Sequence record: NC_004629.1
Length of the DNA: 64,000 nucleotides
Direction: 5' to 3' (one strand)
This document shows positions 48,416-56,537 of the stretch, piece by piece. Every line of letters begins with the position of its first letter. Position 1 is the stretch's first letter. The notes under the pieces are model-generated. The model had not been told where the DNA came from and did no database searches. It was given only the letters and a program-made list of their open reading frames with translations. The position numbers were made by a program, and so were the translations under genes.

Positions 48416-49096
48416 ATGGCAGAAAAGCTAAGTTTTGTTGATATATTTAAGATGGCTAAAGAGGAAAATGTTAAGCTTGAATTGCATTGTCTAATTGGTA
48501 CTCGACCAGTTAGGGGTCTTATTAAAAGTTTAAACTTTAATCAAATCAGACCTGATATATACGAATCTGTTAATCTATATGTAGATGTATTTTCTAAAGT
48601 AGTAGAGACTAGAGTAGATCTATCGAGTACTACTGCTGATTATGGTTGCTGGAGAATGACACCAGAAACTAAGAATTATGTAGATAGTAAATATAACTTA
48701 CCAGTAAAAATGGATATCACTAATCCAGATATCGTTAGGAGTAATATTAATTATTATCTCAGTTTACCTACTCAGGAACGCATTGAATTATTTAATAAAA
48801 TAAATAATCCTAATGTCATTGAGGCGATAAACAAAGAATGGTCTAAGATGGTTGTAGAATATTATCAATCTGAGATCGATTTGTTTATTGGATTAATTGA
48901 TTTCGATCATGTCCTTATCAATAAGTTCATGGCATTTAACTGGATGGACGATTTATTTGAGTATGCTTTAAATATCCCATTAAAACAAACCAATACAGTA
49001 AATGAAGGCACCTGTTGCTTACTGGTTCACAAAGATAAAAAGGCAACATATACCCATCTCACTGATATTAAAAATCTTATCAAAGTGAGTGTATAA
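48416..49096 (+). CDS. hypothetical protein
   Basis: AAGGT RBS; last + strand gene. Confidence 0.75.
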   Translation: MAEKLSFVDIFKMAKEENVKLELHCLIGTRPVRGLIKSLNFNQIRPDIYESVNLYVDVFSKVVETRVDLSSTTADYGCWRMTPETKNYVDSKYNLPVKMDITNPDIVRSNINYYLSLPTQERIELFNKINNPNVIEAINKEWSKMVVEYYQSEIDLFIGLIDFDHVLINKFMAFNWMDDLFEYALNIPLKQTNTVNEGTCCLLVHKDKKATYTHLTDIKNLIKVSV

Positions 49097-49108
49097 TTAC
49101 GGCATAAA

Positions 49109-49130
49109 CCCCTCTCCGCATGGAGAGGGG
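49109..49130. terminator. bidirectional terminator at the convergence of the + and - blocks
   Basis: cccctctccgcatggagagggg between convergent stops. Confidence 0.75.
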
Positions 49131-49157
49131 CTATGTCTTTATTTTCTTTATTTAAAC

Positions 49158-49547
49158 TCACTTAGAATAATCTTCTACTGGAATATCATCTAGCCAATCA
49201 TTAAGTAGTTTAAATTGTTGAGGGTGTTGCATCTTAGTTACTTTACCGTATTTAACACTAATAGCGTAACCACCAGATACTGCAAGATCCACTAGTTTGC
49301 GTTCATATGCATTAAATTCATCATACCAACGGGTATGAATAAGTTTTGCTAAGCGTGCATATGCAGTCTTACGATATTGATCTTCCTGTTCCCGACGTAG
49401 GACTTCAAGTAGTTCTTTCTGACGCTGCTTCTGCTGGCGTTTCTCTTCTTCCTTTTTCTCTTTCTCCAGTCGTTTTTTCTCAGCAATGTGTGATAGAATG
49501 GGTAGCTTGAAAAGCAGACTTAGAATTAGTTGAAAGAATTGTTTCAT
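49158..49547 (-). CDS. hypothetical protein with charged coiled coil
   Basis: ATG 49547 after GAGGA; MKQFFQLILSLLF... Confidence 0.75.
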   Translation of the reverse strand: MKQFFQLILSLLFKLPILSHIAEKKRLEKEKKEEEKRQQKQRQKELLEVLRREQEDQYRKTAYARLAKLIHTRWYDEFNAYERKLVDLAVSGGYAISVKYGKVTKMQHPQQFKLLNDWLDDIPVEDYSK

Positions 49548-49604
49548 TAGTATTTCCTCAGTTTGATTAAATAGATAATTTACAAATGGCAATCCGCCTA
49601 GTTA

Positions 49605-49627
49605 CATACTAGATAGCTGTAAGTATT
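49605..49627 (-). promoter_or_regulatory. bipartite promoter AAATAC-N14-TATG
   Basis: TATG G at 49605, motif C at 49623. Confidence 0.6.
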
Positions 49628-50038
49628 TTAATCCGTTACAATATCTGGATAACGTTCATCAATTAATGATTTCCTATATGCAAACTCACGTACCTCTACT
49701 TCTAACTTTTCTTTAGTTGCATATGTAGTGCCGATTACAATAATTGAATCATTATTAATTGATAACTCTACATCATTATCTTTTCCAAATACTAATTTAA
49801 AAACAGTATTTAATTCATCTAATTGATTTTGAATGGACACTGTATCATCATGGATTGCCCTAGATGGCTCTTCTAATAAACCCTCTAGTACTTTATAAGA
49901 CTTTATAAAAAGAGTATCATTAAAATCTTCTTTTAGCCATGCTAATTCAAGTGTATATAAATCAACTACTCTATTAAGATTTGAAGTAGTTATATCTGTT
50001 TTCCATTCATAACCTAGATAGTTAGTTTCATTACTCAT
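49628..50038 (-). CDS. hypothetical protein
   Basis: AGGAG RBS. Confidence 0.75.
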   Translation of the reverse strand: MSNETNYLGYEWKTDITTSNLNRVVDLYTLELAWLKEDFNDTLFIKSYKVLEGLLEEPSRAIHDDTVSIQNQLDELNTVFKLVFGKDNDVELSINNDSIIVIGTTYATKEKLEVEVREFAYRKSLIDERYPDIVTD

Positions 50039-50059
50039 TATAAACTCCTTTGATCAATA

Positions 50060-50082
50060 CATATTAAATAATCTGGAGTATT
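50060..50082 (-). promoter_or_regulatory. bipartite promoter TAATAC-N14-TATG
   Basis: TATG G at 50060, motif C at 50078. Confidence 0.6.
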
Positions 50083-50257
50083 ATTTCTTTGTAATACGAT
50101 AACCAACTGACCATAAATCTACACGGACGAAACCTTTTCCATCATGTTGACCGTATACACATACACGTAACATTCTATTGCCTGTCTTCATGTCAATTCG
50201 TGTTATCTCAAATTTATTAGTAATATATTCTTGGATGATAAATAATAGATGACTCAT
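50081..50257 (-). CDS. small protein, 58 aa (not in ORF track)
   Basis: AGGA RBS; MSHLLFIIQEYITNKFEITRIDMKTGNRMLRVCVYGQHDGKGFVRVDLWSVGYRITKK. Confidence 0.6.
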   Translation of the reverse strand: MSHLLFIIQEYITNKFEITRIDMKTGNRMLRVCVYGQHDGKGFVRVDLWSVGYRITKK

Positions 50258-50386
50258 TTTATATTTTCCTGATTAATGACAAACATAAGCCCCTCCATAT
50301 GGAGGGGCAATATGATTTACTGAGTCTTTCACGTTCAATCCCATCCTAACTAATATATTTAAGAATAGTTTAAACCTCAGTAAATT

Positions 50387-50463
50387 TGGTGCCGCCACTC
50401 CGAATCGAACGGAGGACCTACGCATTACAAGTGCGTTGCTCTACCTAGCTGAGCTATAGCGGC
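50387..50463 (-). tRNA. tRNA-Thr(TGT)
   Basis: GCCGCTA...ACGCA-CTTGTAA-TGCGT...TTCGATT...ACCA; full cloverleaf with encoded CCA. Confidence 0.95.
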
Positions 50464-50474
50464 GTAATCTTCTA

Positions 50475-50497
50475 CATATAGTGTATATGAAAGTATT
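50475..50497 (-). promoter_or_regulatory. bipartite promoter for tRNA-Thr
   Basis: TAATAC-N14-TATG; G at 50475, 12 nt before the tRNA. Confidence 0.65.
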
Positions 50498-50523
50498 ATT
50501 TTAATTTATTATAATAAATAAAG

Positions 50524-50563
50524 TTATATTCAAACCTATTTAAAAGGTATATTACAAATGTGA
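50524..50563 (+). promoter_or_regulatory. early promoter, class A context (TATATTAC 50548-50555), opposite to the local gene direction
   Basis: tatattcaaacctatttaaaaggTATATTACaaatgtga. Confidence 0.75.
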
Positions 50564-50611
50564 TATTACTAAAAGTAATATTTTCTATTAATTGTAAATA
50601 GGATACTAAAT

Positions 50612-50749
50612 ATGAATATTGATCCAAAAACTCTTGGCATTATTATTAGCACCACTATTGGCACCGTGGGTGCTCTTATTCTTACGTATGGTATTGCGAG
50701 AGCAGTACGTTGGAATAATAAACCTGATGTAAAAGATGTAGCAGAGTAA
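50612..50749 (+). CDS. small single-TM protein, 45 aa (not in ORF track)
   Basis: AGGA RBS; MNIDPKTLGIIISTTIGTVGALILTYGIARAVRWNNKPDVKDVAE; terminator 50761-50781. Confidence 0.7.
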   Translation: MNIDPKTLGIIISTTIGTVGALILTYGIARAVRWNNKPDVKDVAE

Positions 50750-50805
50750 GATAACATAAAGCTAGCCCATTAGGGGCTAGCTCTTATATTTATTTTTTAT
50801 TTGTT

Positions 50806-51435
50806 TTAACTTAGAGTACTATAATAAATAAATTTAGTTAATTCATCTTGTTGCTCTTTGATTATATTATTTTTCGTTTGTTTAACATTAATGTAATATT
50901 CAATAAATAACCAACGTCTATCATGTTTGGCTAAGTCTTTGAATTCAATTTTCTCAAATCGCCATGACTGTACAGTAGTCCTAATGAGATTACCGGATTT
51001 ATTGATAATATACCCTTGCATGGTGTTAATTTGATCATCGATAGTAGGCGTTGGTAAAAATATCAAATAAACACCATCTGTATTTTTAGTGTGCATACTT
51101 TTTAATTTATACATCATTGGGTTAAAGTATTCATCACTTTTATGATAATCGCTTAATTCTAACACAGCATCAATCATCATTTTAGCGCTTTCAGTAACAC
51201 CAACATTTAGTAAATAATCATTAAGCTCTTTTAATGAATTATCTGTAAGTGATGCATCTATGTGTTCTTCACTTATAGGTTCATTATAAACTAGTTTATT
51301 AATAGTTGAATTAACAATATTTAGCCTATCGATATCATAAACTGCTAGTGTTTGTTTACCAACATTTATTTTTAAGTCTTTACCTGATTCATTGATAAAA
51401 TCATTTAAATCTACTTCAGTAAAATGAAAAGCCAT
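50806..51435 (-). CDS. hypothetical protein
   Basis: AAGGTG RBS. Confidence 0.75.
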   Translation of the reverse strand: MAFHFTEVDLNDFINESGKDLKINVGKQTLAVYDIDRLNIVNSTINKLVYNEPISEEHIDASLTDNSLKELNDYLLNVGVTESAKMMIDAVLELSDYHKSDEYFNPMMYKLKSMHTKNTDGVYLIFLPTPTIDDQINTMQGYIINKSGNLIRTTVQSWRFEKIEFKDLAKHDRRWLFIEYYINVKQTKNNIIKEQQDELTKFIYYSTLS

Positions 51436-51906
51436 TTTTATACACCTTTATGTTTTCCGTAGTGTTAAATTTTATTAACACCCGGTTTCAAGTTGAGTTA
51501 TGTGTAGAACTAATCTACAAATAATATTAACTCTATGTATAATTTTACTTATAAATAGACCACTCTATATAGAGGGGTATTAAGTCATATAAAGTTATTT
51601 TAGTGTGGGTCTAAATACAAACATTACGTCTACTTCATCAGTTGGGTCGACATCATATTCTGTCCCAGTATTATCAATCGCAACCAACATTCTCACATTC
51701 CTCGGTAAAGGGCTTTATGTGATTTAGATAGGCGAGTGATAAAATACCTAAATGCACTGAGATATTCTCTGATAAATCCTTTACTTTTATTAAAATTATC
51801 ACCTACATGGACCATTCAATCACTTTTATGTAGCTTGATTTCAATCAATTAAAGGGTATAACGAATGTAATGTATTTATACACGAATATAGTTATCATAA
51901 GCTCAA

Positions 51907-52197
51907 CTACTTGGGGTAAAAGAGTGGACGGAGATCAGTCTCATGGTATTCATCTTTGATATGGGAAAAGTACTTATTGAAATTATCCACACTATACGAA
52001 GTTCTAAGCCCATTTGGCCAAATCACTAACATGTCACCAACTTCGAATGCCGTGATCATAGCCTCAAAGTCTTTTATGTTTACATGATCATTACCAAGTT
52101 TCACGAATCGACATGCACGGAAACCACATTCCCAGTCAGACGACATCCATTGACCAGCTTCAGTAATCAGCTTTGCACGAACTAATGTCTTAGCCAT
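51907..52197 (-). CDS. hypothetical protein
   Basis: coupled to upstream 52190..52375. Confidence 0.7.
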   Translation of the reverse strand: MAKTLVRAKLITEAGQWMSSDWECGFRACRFVKLGNDHVNIKDFEAMITAFEVGDMLVIWPNGLRTSYSVDNFNKYFSHIKDEYHETDLRPLFYPK

Positions 52198-52375
52198 ACT
52201 TGGTACCCCAGTTTATCGTTTTGTCGAGAAGAGCTTGACTAGGTCGTTTATTACGAATCTGATTCTTAATAGACTCATTTAGCTCTTCCATCGTTTTCCG
52301 AACTTTAACTAATCGTTCCTTTTGTTCATTTGTAGGAACACTACTAACTATATCTTGCAATGCTTTAAGTGACAT
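52190..52375 (-). CDS. hypothetical protein
   Basis: GGGT RBS. Confidence 0.65.
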   Translation of the reverse strand: MSLKALQDIVSSVPTNEQKERLVKVRKTMEELNESIKNQIRNKRPSQALLDKTINWGTKYG

Positions 52376-52506
52376 GTCTTTACCCTATTTGTATTTAGCT
52401 ATAAGATTCAACTACTGGGTACTTTTACAAGACGACATAAAGGCAGCATTAGCTGCCTTTATAGTTTACATAGTAGTGAAATATAACTAAATCTAAAACT
52501 ATGAAT

Positions 52507-52547
52507 TGGCTCCGTGACCTGGGTTAGAACCAGGGACCCAGTGATTA
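52507..52547 (-). pseudogene. 3' half of disrupted tRNA-Asn(GTT)
   Basis: TAATCACTGGGTCCCTGGTTCTAACCCAGGTCACGGAGCCA: 38/41 identical to the 3' part of tRNA-Asn 55407..55482. Confidence 0.9.
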
Positions 52548-52581
52548 TGTTTTTGTATATTAATCTACATCGAGTATATTT

Positions 52582-53140
52582 TTATTGTGTGGGGGCCAAG
52601 GTGCTAATACCCCCATTAGTGCTGACCCTAATAAACCTAGCTGGAATATTGATTTTGTATGACCGACACCATTTACGAATTGCATTATCCGATACCCCAT
52701 ACTTTTCTCCTATTTTCACAAGAGATAACAATGTAACGTCAAGGACGAATTGTTCTTTAGATGGTCGATCAACCTTACGTCGACCTTTGGCAGAACACTC
52801 AGGGTTACAGAATTTAATCAATTTATGATTCATTACCCTACCACAAGCACCACAAAGTTTTGTAGGATAGTTCTTTGGATCAATGCCCAGTCGTTTCATC
52901 CATGCATGTAGTTTTAGATGCTGTGATTGAGGGAGGATCAAAAGATTATCGGGATGGTTATTGAGTTTGTTCTCATCCAAATGATGAACCTCTTCGTCAT
53001 CGTAAAGAGGTCTTCCGATTGTATCTTCACCGACTACACGGTGTTCGTATACCCATCCAAACATTTTGGGGTTAGCTTTTGCCTGCCGATGTTCAGGTAA
53101 ATACAGAGCCCGATAACCATTAATTATTTTTTTCTTTCAT
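52582..53140 (-). CDS. HNH homing endonuclease (HNH + CxxC Zn finger + HTH); natural start frameshifted in an A7 run
   Basis: YEHRVV.E..IGRPL...EEVHHLDENKLNNHPDNL; CGACG, CNPEC; ATG 53140 joins the frame only if A7 (53127-53133) were A6; otherwise in-frame ATG is 53064. Confidence 0.85.
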
Positions 53141-53223
53141 ATCGAACCTAGGGTTTAAAAAATAGATAGCTAGTTCGATCTATAGAACAAGATAAAAGTA
53201 GCCAGCTGGCTACTTTTAGAAAT

Positions 53224-53310
53224 TGGCTGGTAAGGTAGGATTCGAACCTACGGTGGGCTTTCGCCAACGGATTAACAGTCCGCTCCCTGCTGCCACTCGG
53301 GTACTTACCA
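53224..53310 (-). tRNA. tRNA-Asn(GTT) with long variable arm (type II body)
   Basis: TGGTAAG/CTTACCA acceptor, G73, CCA; GCGGA-CTGTTAA-TCCGT; 15-nt variable region with GGC-GAAA-GCC hairpin; GTAGG-TTCGAAT-CCTAC. Confidence 0.85.
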
Positions 53311-53319
53311 ATGAAATCG

Positions 53320-53356
53320 TAACAGTCATTTGCTCTACCGACTGAGCTATCACGGA
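53320..53356 (-). pseudogene. 5' half of disrupted tRNA-Asn(GTT)
   Basis: TCCGTGATAGCTCAGTCGGTAGAGCAAATGACTGTTA: 36/37 identical to the 5' part of tRNA-Asn 55407..55482. Confidence 0.9.
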
Positions 53357-53421
53357 AGAATTATGGCGATTTTATATTAGAGATGAGTTACTGACAACCT
53401 AATATAGATATGTAATAACTA

Positions 53422-53444
53422 CATATTATTACAATCTGAGTATT
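53422..53444 (-). promoter_or_regulatory. bipartite promoter upstream of the split tRNA-Asn
   Basis: TAATAC-N14-TATG; G 53422, C 53440. Confidence 0.6.
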
Positions 53445-53517
53445 ATTTATTTCTTGTTATGACATTATGTAAATAACGTGTAGTTAATCTTATTAGAAAC
53501 TATCAAAGTTACTAATT

Positions 53518-54030
53518 CTAACTAAAACGAACCACCATTACCTCTGTACCAAAAGTATCTGCAACCCACTGGTTAAATTCTTTATCAGTGATACCGCGTA
53601 GGTTCAGATTAAATGAGGCATTGTCAACAAGAATATATTTTACAGACGATATTAATTCTTCTTTAATATCTTTTTGAATAGATGATTCTTCAGGTTGATG
53701 AATATATTTACGGAGTTGGTGTGTAATTAAACAAGAAACAATATTATCTTTAGCATTCTGGAACTTAGCCAGTACAGCCTGTTTAATTTTATCTTCTACA
53801 AATACAGCTAGACATTCGCCAGGATGACGATTAGCAAACTCAATCAATGCAGTTGTACTACCACATTGCCGACCTACAAATAATCCAACAGTCCTGTATT
53901 CACGAATAACAATATGACCAATAGAATTAGATCGATAATTAACCCAGTTCTCATTCGTTTTTTGAATTAAAGCATCTAGGATATCTTGGTACTTTACAAT
54001 AGTTCTTACAAACGGATTAGAGTTAGTCAT
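53518..54030 (-). CDS. hypothetical protein with degenerate P-loop
   Basis: GRQCGSTT resembles terminase-type GRQxGKT; ILVDNA Walker-B-like; AAGGAG RBS. Confidence 0.7.
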   Translation of the reverse strand: MTNSNPFVRTIVKYQDILDALIQKTNENWVNYRSNSIGHIVIREYRTVGLFVGRQCGSTTALIEFANRHPGECLAVFVEDKIKQAVLAKFQNAKDNIVSCLITHQLRKYIHQPEESSIQKDIKEELISSVKYILVDNASFNLNLRGITDKEFNQWVADTFGTEVMVVRFS

Positions 54031-54261
54031 AATAGACTCCTTTATTACAATGTAGCATAGATTCAGTTTTTTAACTGGAATTAAATGCCGATTTTGAAAA
54101 GGTGATAAAACCTTTTCTCATCTATAAATGAATTTATAATAGTAACAATGAATATAACCAGGGGTGGCAAACCCCTGGCATTTAGACACACTCTATAATA
54201 AGTTCTACCACCGAGTGTGTTTAGTGGATAGATTTAAGAATACTTTATTATAGTACTCTTA

Positions 54262-54284
54262 CATAATATCATCGTGCCAGTATA
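54262..54284 (-). promoter_or_regulatory. bipartite promoter TTATAC-N14-TATG
   Basis: G 54262, C 54280. Confidence 0.5.
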
Positions 54285-54314
54285 ATTATCTAAATAGTTA
54301 TAAATATTATTATT

Positions 54315-55322
54315 TTAATCAATGATTAATGGCGCTAGTTTTACCTGATAGATACCTGATAACAATTGGCTTTTCAACATATATGCTCCACCACCAACTG
54401 GCATTTTAGATCCACCTACAATGATCATGCTATTATCCGGACCTTTAGCTATAGATGAAATATTAAGGAATCCGATACCTAGTTCAAATGGTTCAGCCCA
54501 TTTCCGGCGCCTAATATTAAAACGTTGTGCAAACATTTTAGTTACACCGCCGACATCAACAGCGTTAAGGTAATTAAAATAGTCCCCATCTACATAACCA
54601 TTACCTTGCCAGATTGTTCCTTTATCAGCAGGTATAATCATCCAAGGTGTTTGCTCCCATATTAAGGTAGTTGCATTATATCGATAAACTTCAAGATTAG
54701 GTATGTTCTTTGTATTATCCCAACCACCAAAATGGTAAAAGTAACCATTATAAAAGAATAACTGTTGACCTGAACGAGCACCACCTGAATAATCTTGCCC
54801 ACTAAGCCATGTCTTACCCGATGGTTTTAACCGCATTGCATTTACCCCAACTGGGTTAACACACATAATAAGATCATTACCATCTGATGCGGAGGCTGTG
54901 CCCCAAAGTGGTACGGGACCACTATATCGCTCAACCCTATTGCCTGTAGCTATATCAAAATGTTGTATAAAGTTAGATGTTCCCGTACCACCATTACCAG
55001 CCGAGTTCCATCCAGTAATACCGCCATAAACAATAAAGTTATTCTTATGTAATGTCCCAAATCCTAAAGATACCCCTGGTAAGAATGTTCCAGAAGCAGT
55101 TGCACCTATATCGGCAAATGGCGATATGGTAAAACGTCTGAACACAGTTGCAGCTGTTTGTCCTTCAGTATGATGACCAGATCCAACATACAGTGTATTT
55201 CCATCCACATATGACATTGTACCAGCTAACGCTACAGGTAGATCACCTAATTTAATAATTTCATTAAATCCAACCAAGGGTAACTCTTCGCCTATATCTG
55301 GCGATAATAGTAATTCAAACAT
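54315..55322 (-). CDS. Kelch-like beta-propeller protein
   Basis: repeated hhhGG...W units: LYVGSG, IVYGGITGW, FYHFGGW...YRYNATTLIWE, IIVGGS. Confidence 0.75.
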   Translation of the reverse strand: MFELLLSPDIGEELPLVGFNEIIKLGDLPVALAGTMSYVDGNTLYVGSGHHTEGQTAATVFRRFTISPFADIGATASGTFLPGVSLGFGTLHKNNFIVYGGITGWNSAGNGGTGTSNFIQHFDIATGNRVERYSGPVPLWGTASASDGNDLIMCVNPVGVNAMRLKPSGKTWLSGQDYSGGARSGQQLFFYNGYFYHFGGWDNTKNIPNLEVYRYNATTLIWEQTPWMIIPADKGTIWQGNGYVDGDYFNYLNAVDVGGVTKMFAQRFNIRRRKWAEPFELGIGFLNISSIAKGPDNSMIIVGGSKMPVGGGAYMLKSQLLSGIYQVKLAPLIID

Positions 55323-55377
55323 GAGTGTGCTCTCAAGTAAATCATTTTAATTCATAAGATAACCCATGGCAACATAA

Positions 55378-55399
55378 AAGAGTAGCCGAAGCTACTCTT
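55378..55399 (-). terminator. terminator after the Asp-Asn tRNA pair
   Basis: aagagtagccgaagctactctt with T-run on the - strand. Confidence 0.7.
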
Positions 55400-55406
55400 T
55401 AGAATA

Positions 55407-55482
<76 letters not shown>

Positions 55483-55488
55483 ATTAAA

Positions 55489-55565
55489 TGGCGCGCCCAA
55501 GGGGACTCGAACCCCTGACCACCCGCGTGACAGGCGGGTATTCTAACCAACTGAACTATGAGCGC
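55489..55565 (-). tRNA. tRNA-Asp(GTC)
   Basis: CCCGC-CTGTCAC-GCGGG; 77 nt with CCA. Confidence 0.95.
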
Positions 55566-55588
55566 AAACGTATGGACATGACTTCCTA

Positions 55589-55611
55589 CATAGTATTACA
55601 TAACCAGTAAT
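55589..55611 (-). promoter_or_regulatory. bipartite promoter for tRNA-Asp/Asn
   Basis: TATTAC-N14-TATG; G 55589, C 55607. Confidence 0.65.
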
Positions 55612-55617
55612 ATTTTA

Positions 55618-55965
55618 TTACGGGCGATCAGTCCAGTGCTTGAAATAGTTACCATCCTTGGGACGATCGTACTTAGCAAGAATATTTTTAAGTTCTTCGC
55701 CGGACAACTTAATACTATCGCCTACTGGGCTATCCAGTTCAGGGCAAGGTTCAGTTTTACGTGTAATGATTAAATTATCAGTCCCATCTTTGAAGATAAA
55801 GATAAACTGCGTTTCATTAGCACTAATCTTTTTCTTAACGCAATGCTTTACTTCTGGATGTTTCTTGTGGATCGCTACAAAAGATTCAACAAGAGTTAGC
55901 TTTATAAACTCAGGGCTAATAAATGTGAAATATACAGCGCTCTGCGTTGGGGTTAGATGATCCAT
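55618..55965 (-). CDS. hypothetical protein
   Basis: GGAG RBS. Confidence 0.75.
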   Translation of the reverse strand: MDHLTPTQSAVYFTFISPEFIKLTLVESFVAIHKKHPEVKHCVKKKISANETQFIFIFKDGTDNLIITRKTEPCPELDSPVGDSIKLSGEELKNILAKYDRPKDGNYFKHWTDRP

Positions 55966-55967
55966 AT

Positions 55968-56273
55968 TTACTCCGTATGTTTGAGATAGGCTTTAACTGC
56001 TTTAAGACCTTTATTAAAGAACATAGCTTCAACATAAGTAATGTTACTTACATCCTCGCCGATAAGTTCCCATTTGATGCAACGTGTAACAGCGTTGATT
56101 GTAATATCTAATCCGTTTGGGAATAGGGTTACTTCATCGGTCAGGTGAATCCAATCGGGAGCCTTCGCTCCATTACGTAAACGGGGACTAAAAGTAAGAT
56201 TATAAAGTGTTTGTAATGGTTGTCTCAATAGTTCTTTTTGTTCTTGATGTTCCATGTATTTTCCTAGAGACAT
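55968..56273 (-). CDS. hypothetical protein
   Basis: packed operon. Confidence 0.7.
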   Translation of the reverse strand: MSLGKYMEHQEQKELLRQPLQTLYNLTFSPRLRNGAKAPDWIHLTDEVTLFPNGLDITINAVTRCIKWELIGEDVSNITYVEAMFFNKGLKAVKAYLKHTE

Positions 56274-56485
56274 TTAAAAATATAAATAGAATGGTTATCT
56301 CTTTCGGTTATCTTTAGAGTATTCTCATTTCGAATAACTTCAAGAGACTTGTATTTATGTTCCAGAATATCCAGATGAGAAATACACTGTTCCCTATTTT
56401 CAAATAGGATATTACTTTCATTAGTCGAAATGAAACCAAATAATCCAACTTTGATAGATAATACCAACATTATTACTGTATTCAT
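56264..56485 (-). CDS. small hypothetical protein with hydrophobic N-terminus
   Basis: ATG 56485 after GAGGA. Confidence 0.65.
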   Translation of the reverse strand: MNTVIMLVLSIKVGLFGFISTNESNILFENREQCISHLDILEHKYKSLEVIRNENTLKITERDNHSIYIFKCL

Positions 56486-56537
56486 GTTTTCCTCAATGAG
56501 ACAGTATAAAACCTCCCCCAAGTGGGAGGCTAGTATA

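Larger units (their letters stand above)
52548..53319 (-). mobile_element. tRNA-anticodon-loop insertion carrying an HNH endonuclease and a replacement tRNA-Asn
   Basis: 772 bp between the two tRNA-Asn halves, which share a TA dinucleotide at the junction. Confidence 0.75.

Noticed and set aside
51440-51900. Gene or ncRNA in the 460-bp gap
   Set aside because: Only short broken frames (e.g. a 31-aa MLVAIDNTG... on the - strand) and no convincing structure; possibly a decayed gene but unsupported.
52514-52828. 104-aa + strand ORF
   Set aside because: Antisense to the HNH gene and overlapping the tRNA half; no RBS.
52548-53319. Group I self-splicing intron in tRNA-Asn
   Set aside because: No terminal G before the 3' exon (insert ends ...AAAAACA or ...CAT), no recognisable P7 core, the space is filled by a whole tRNA plus an ORF, and the halves carry damaging changes (A28-C42 mismatch, T-loop G57T).
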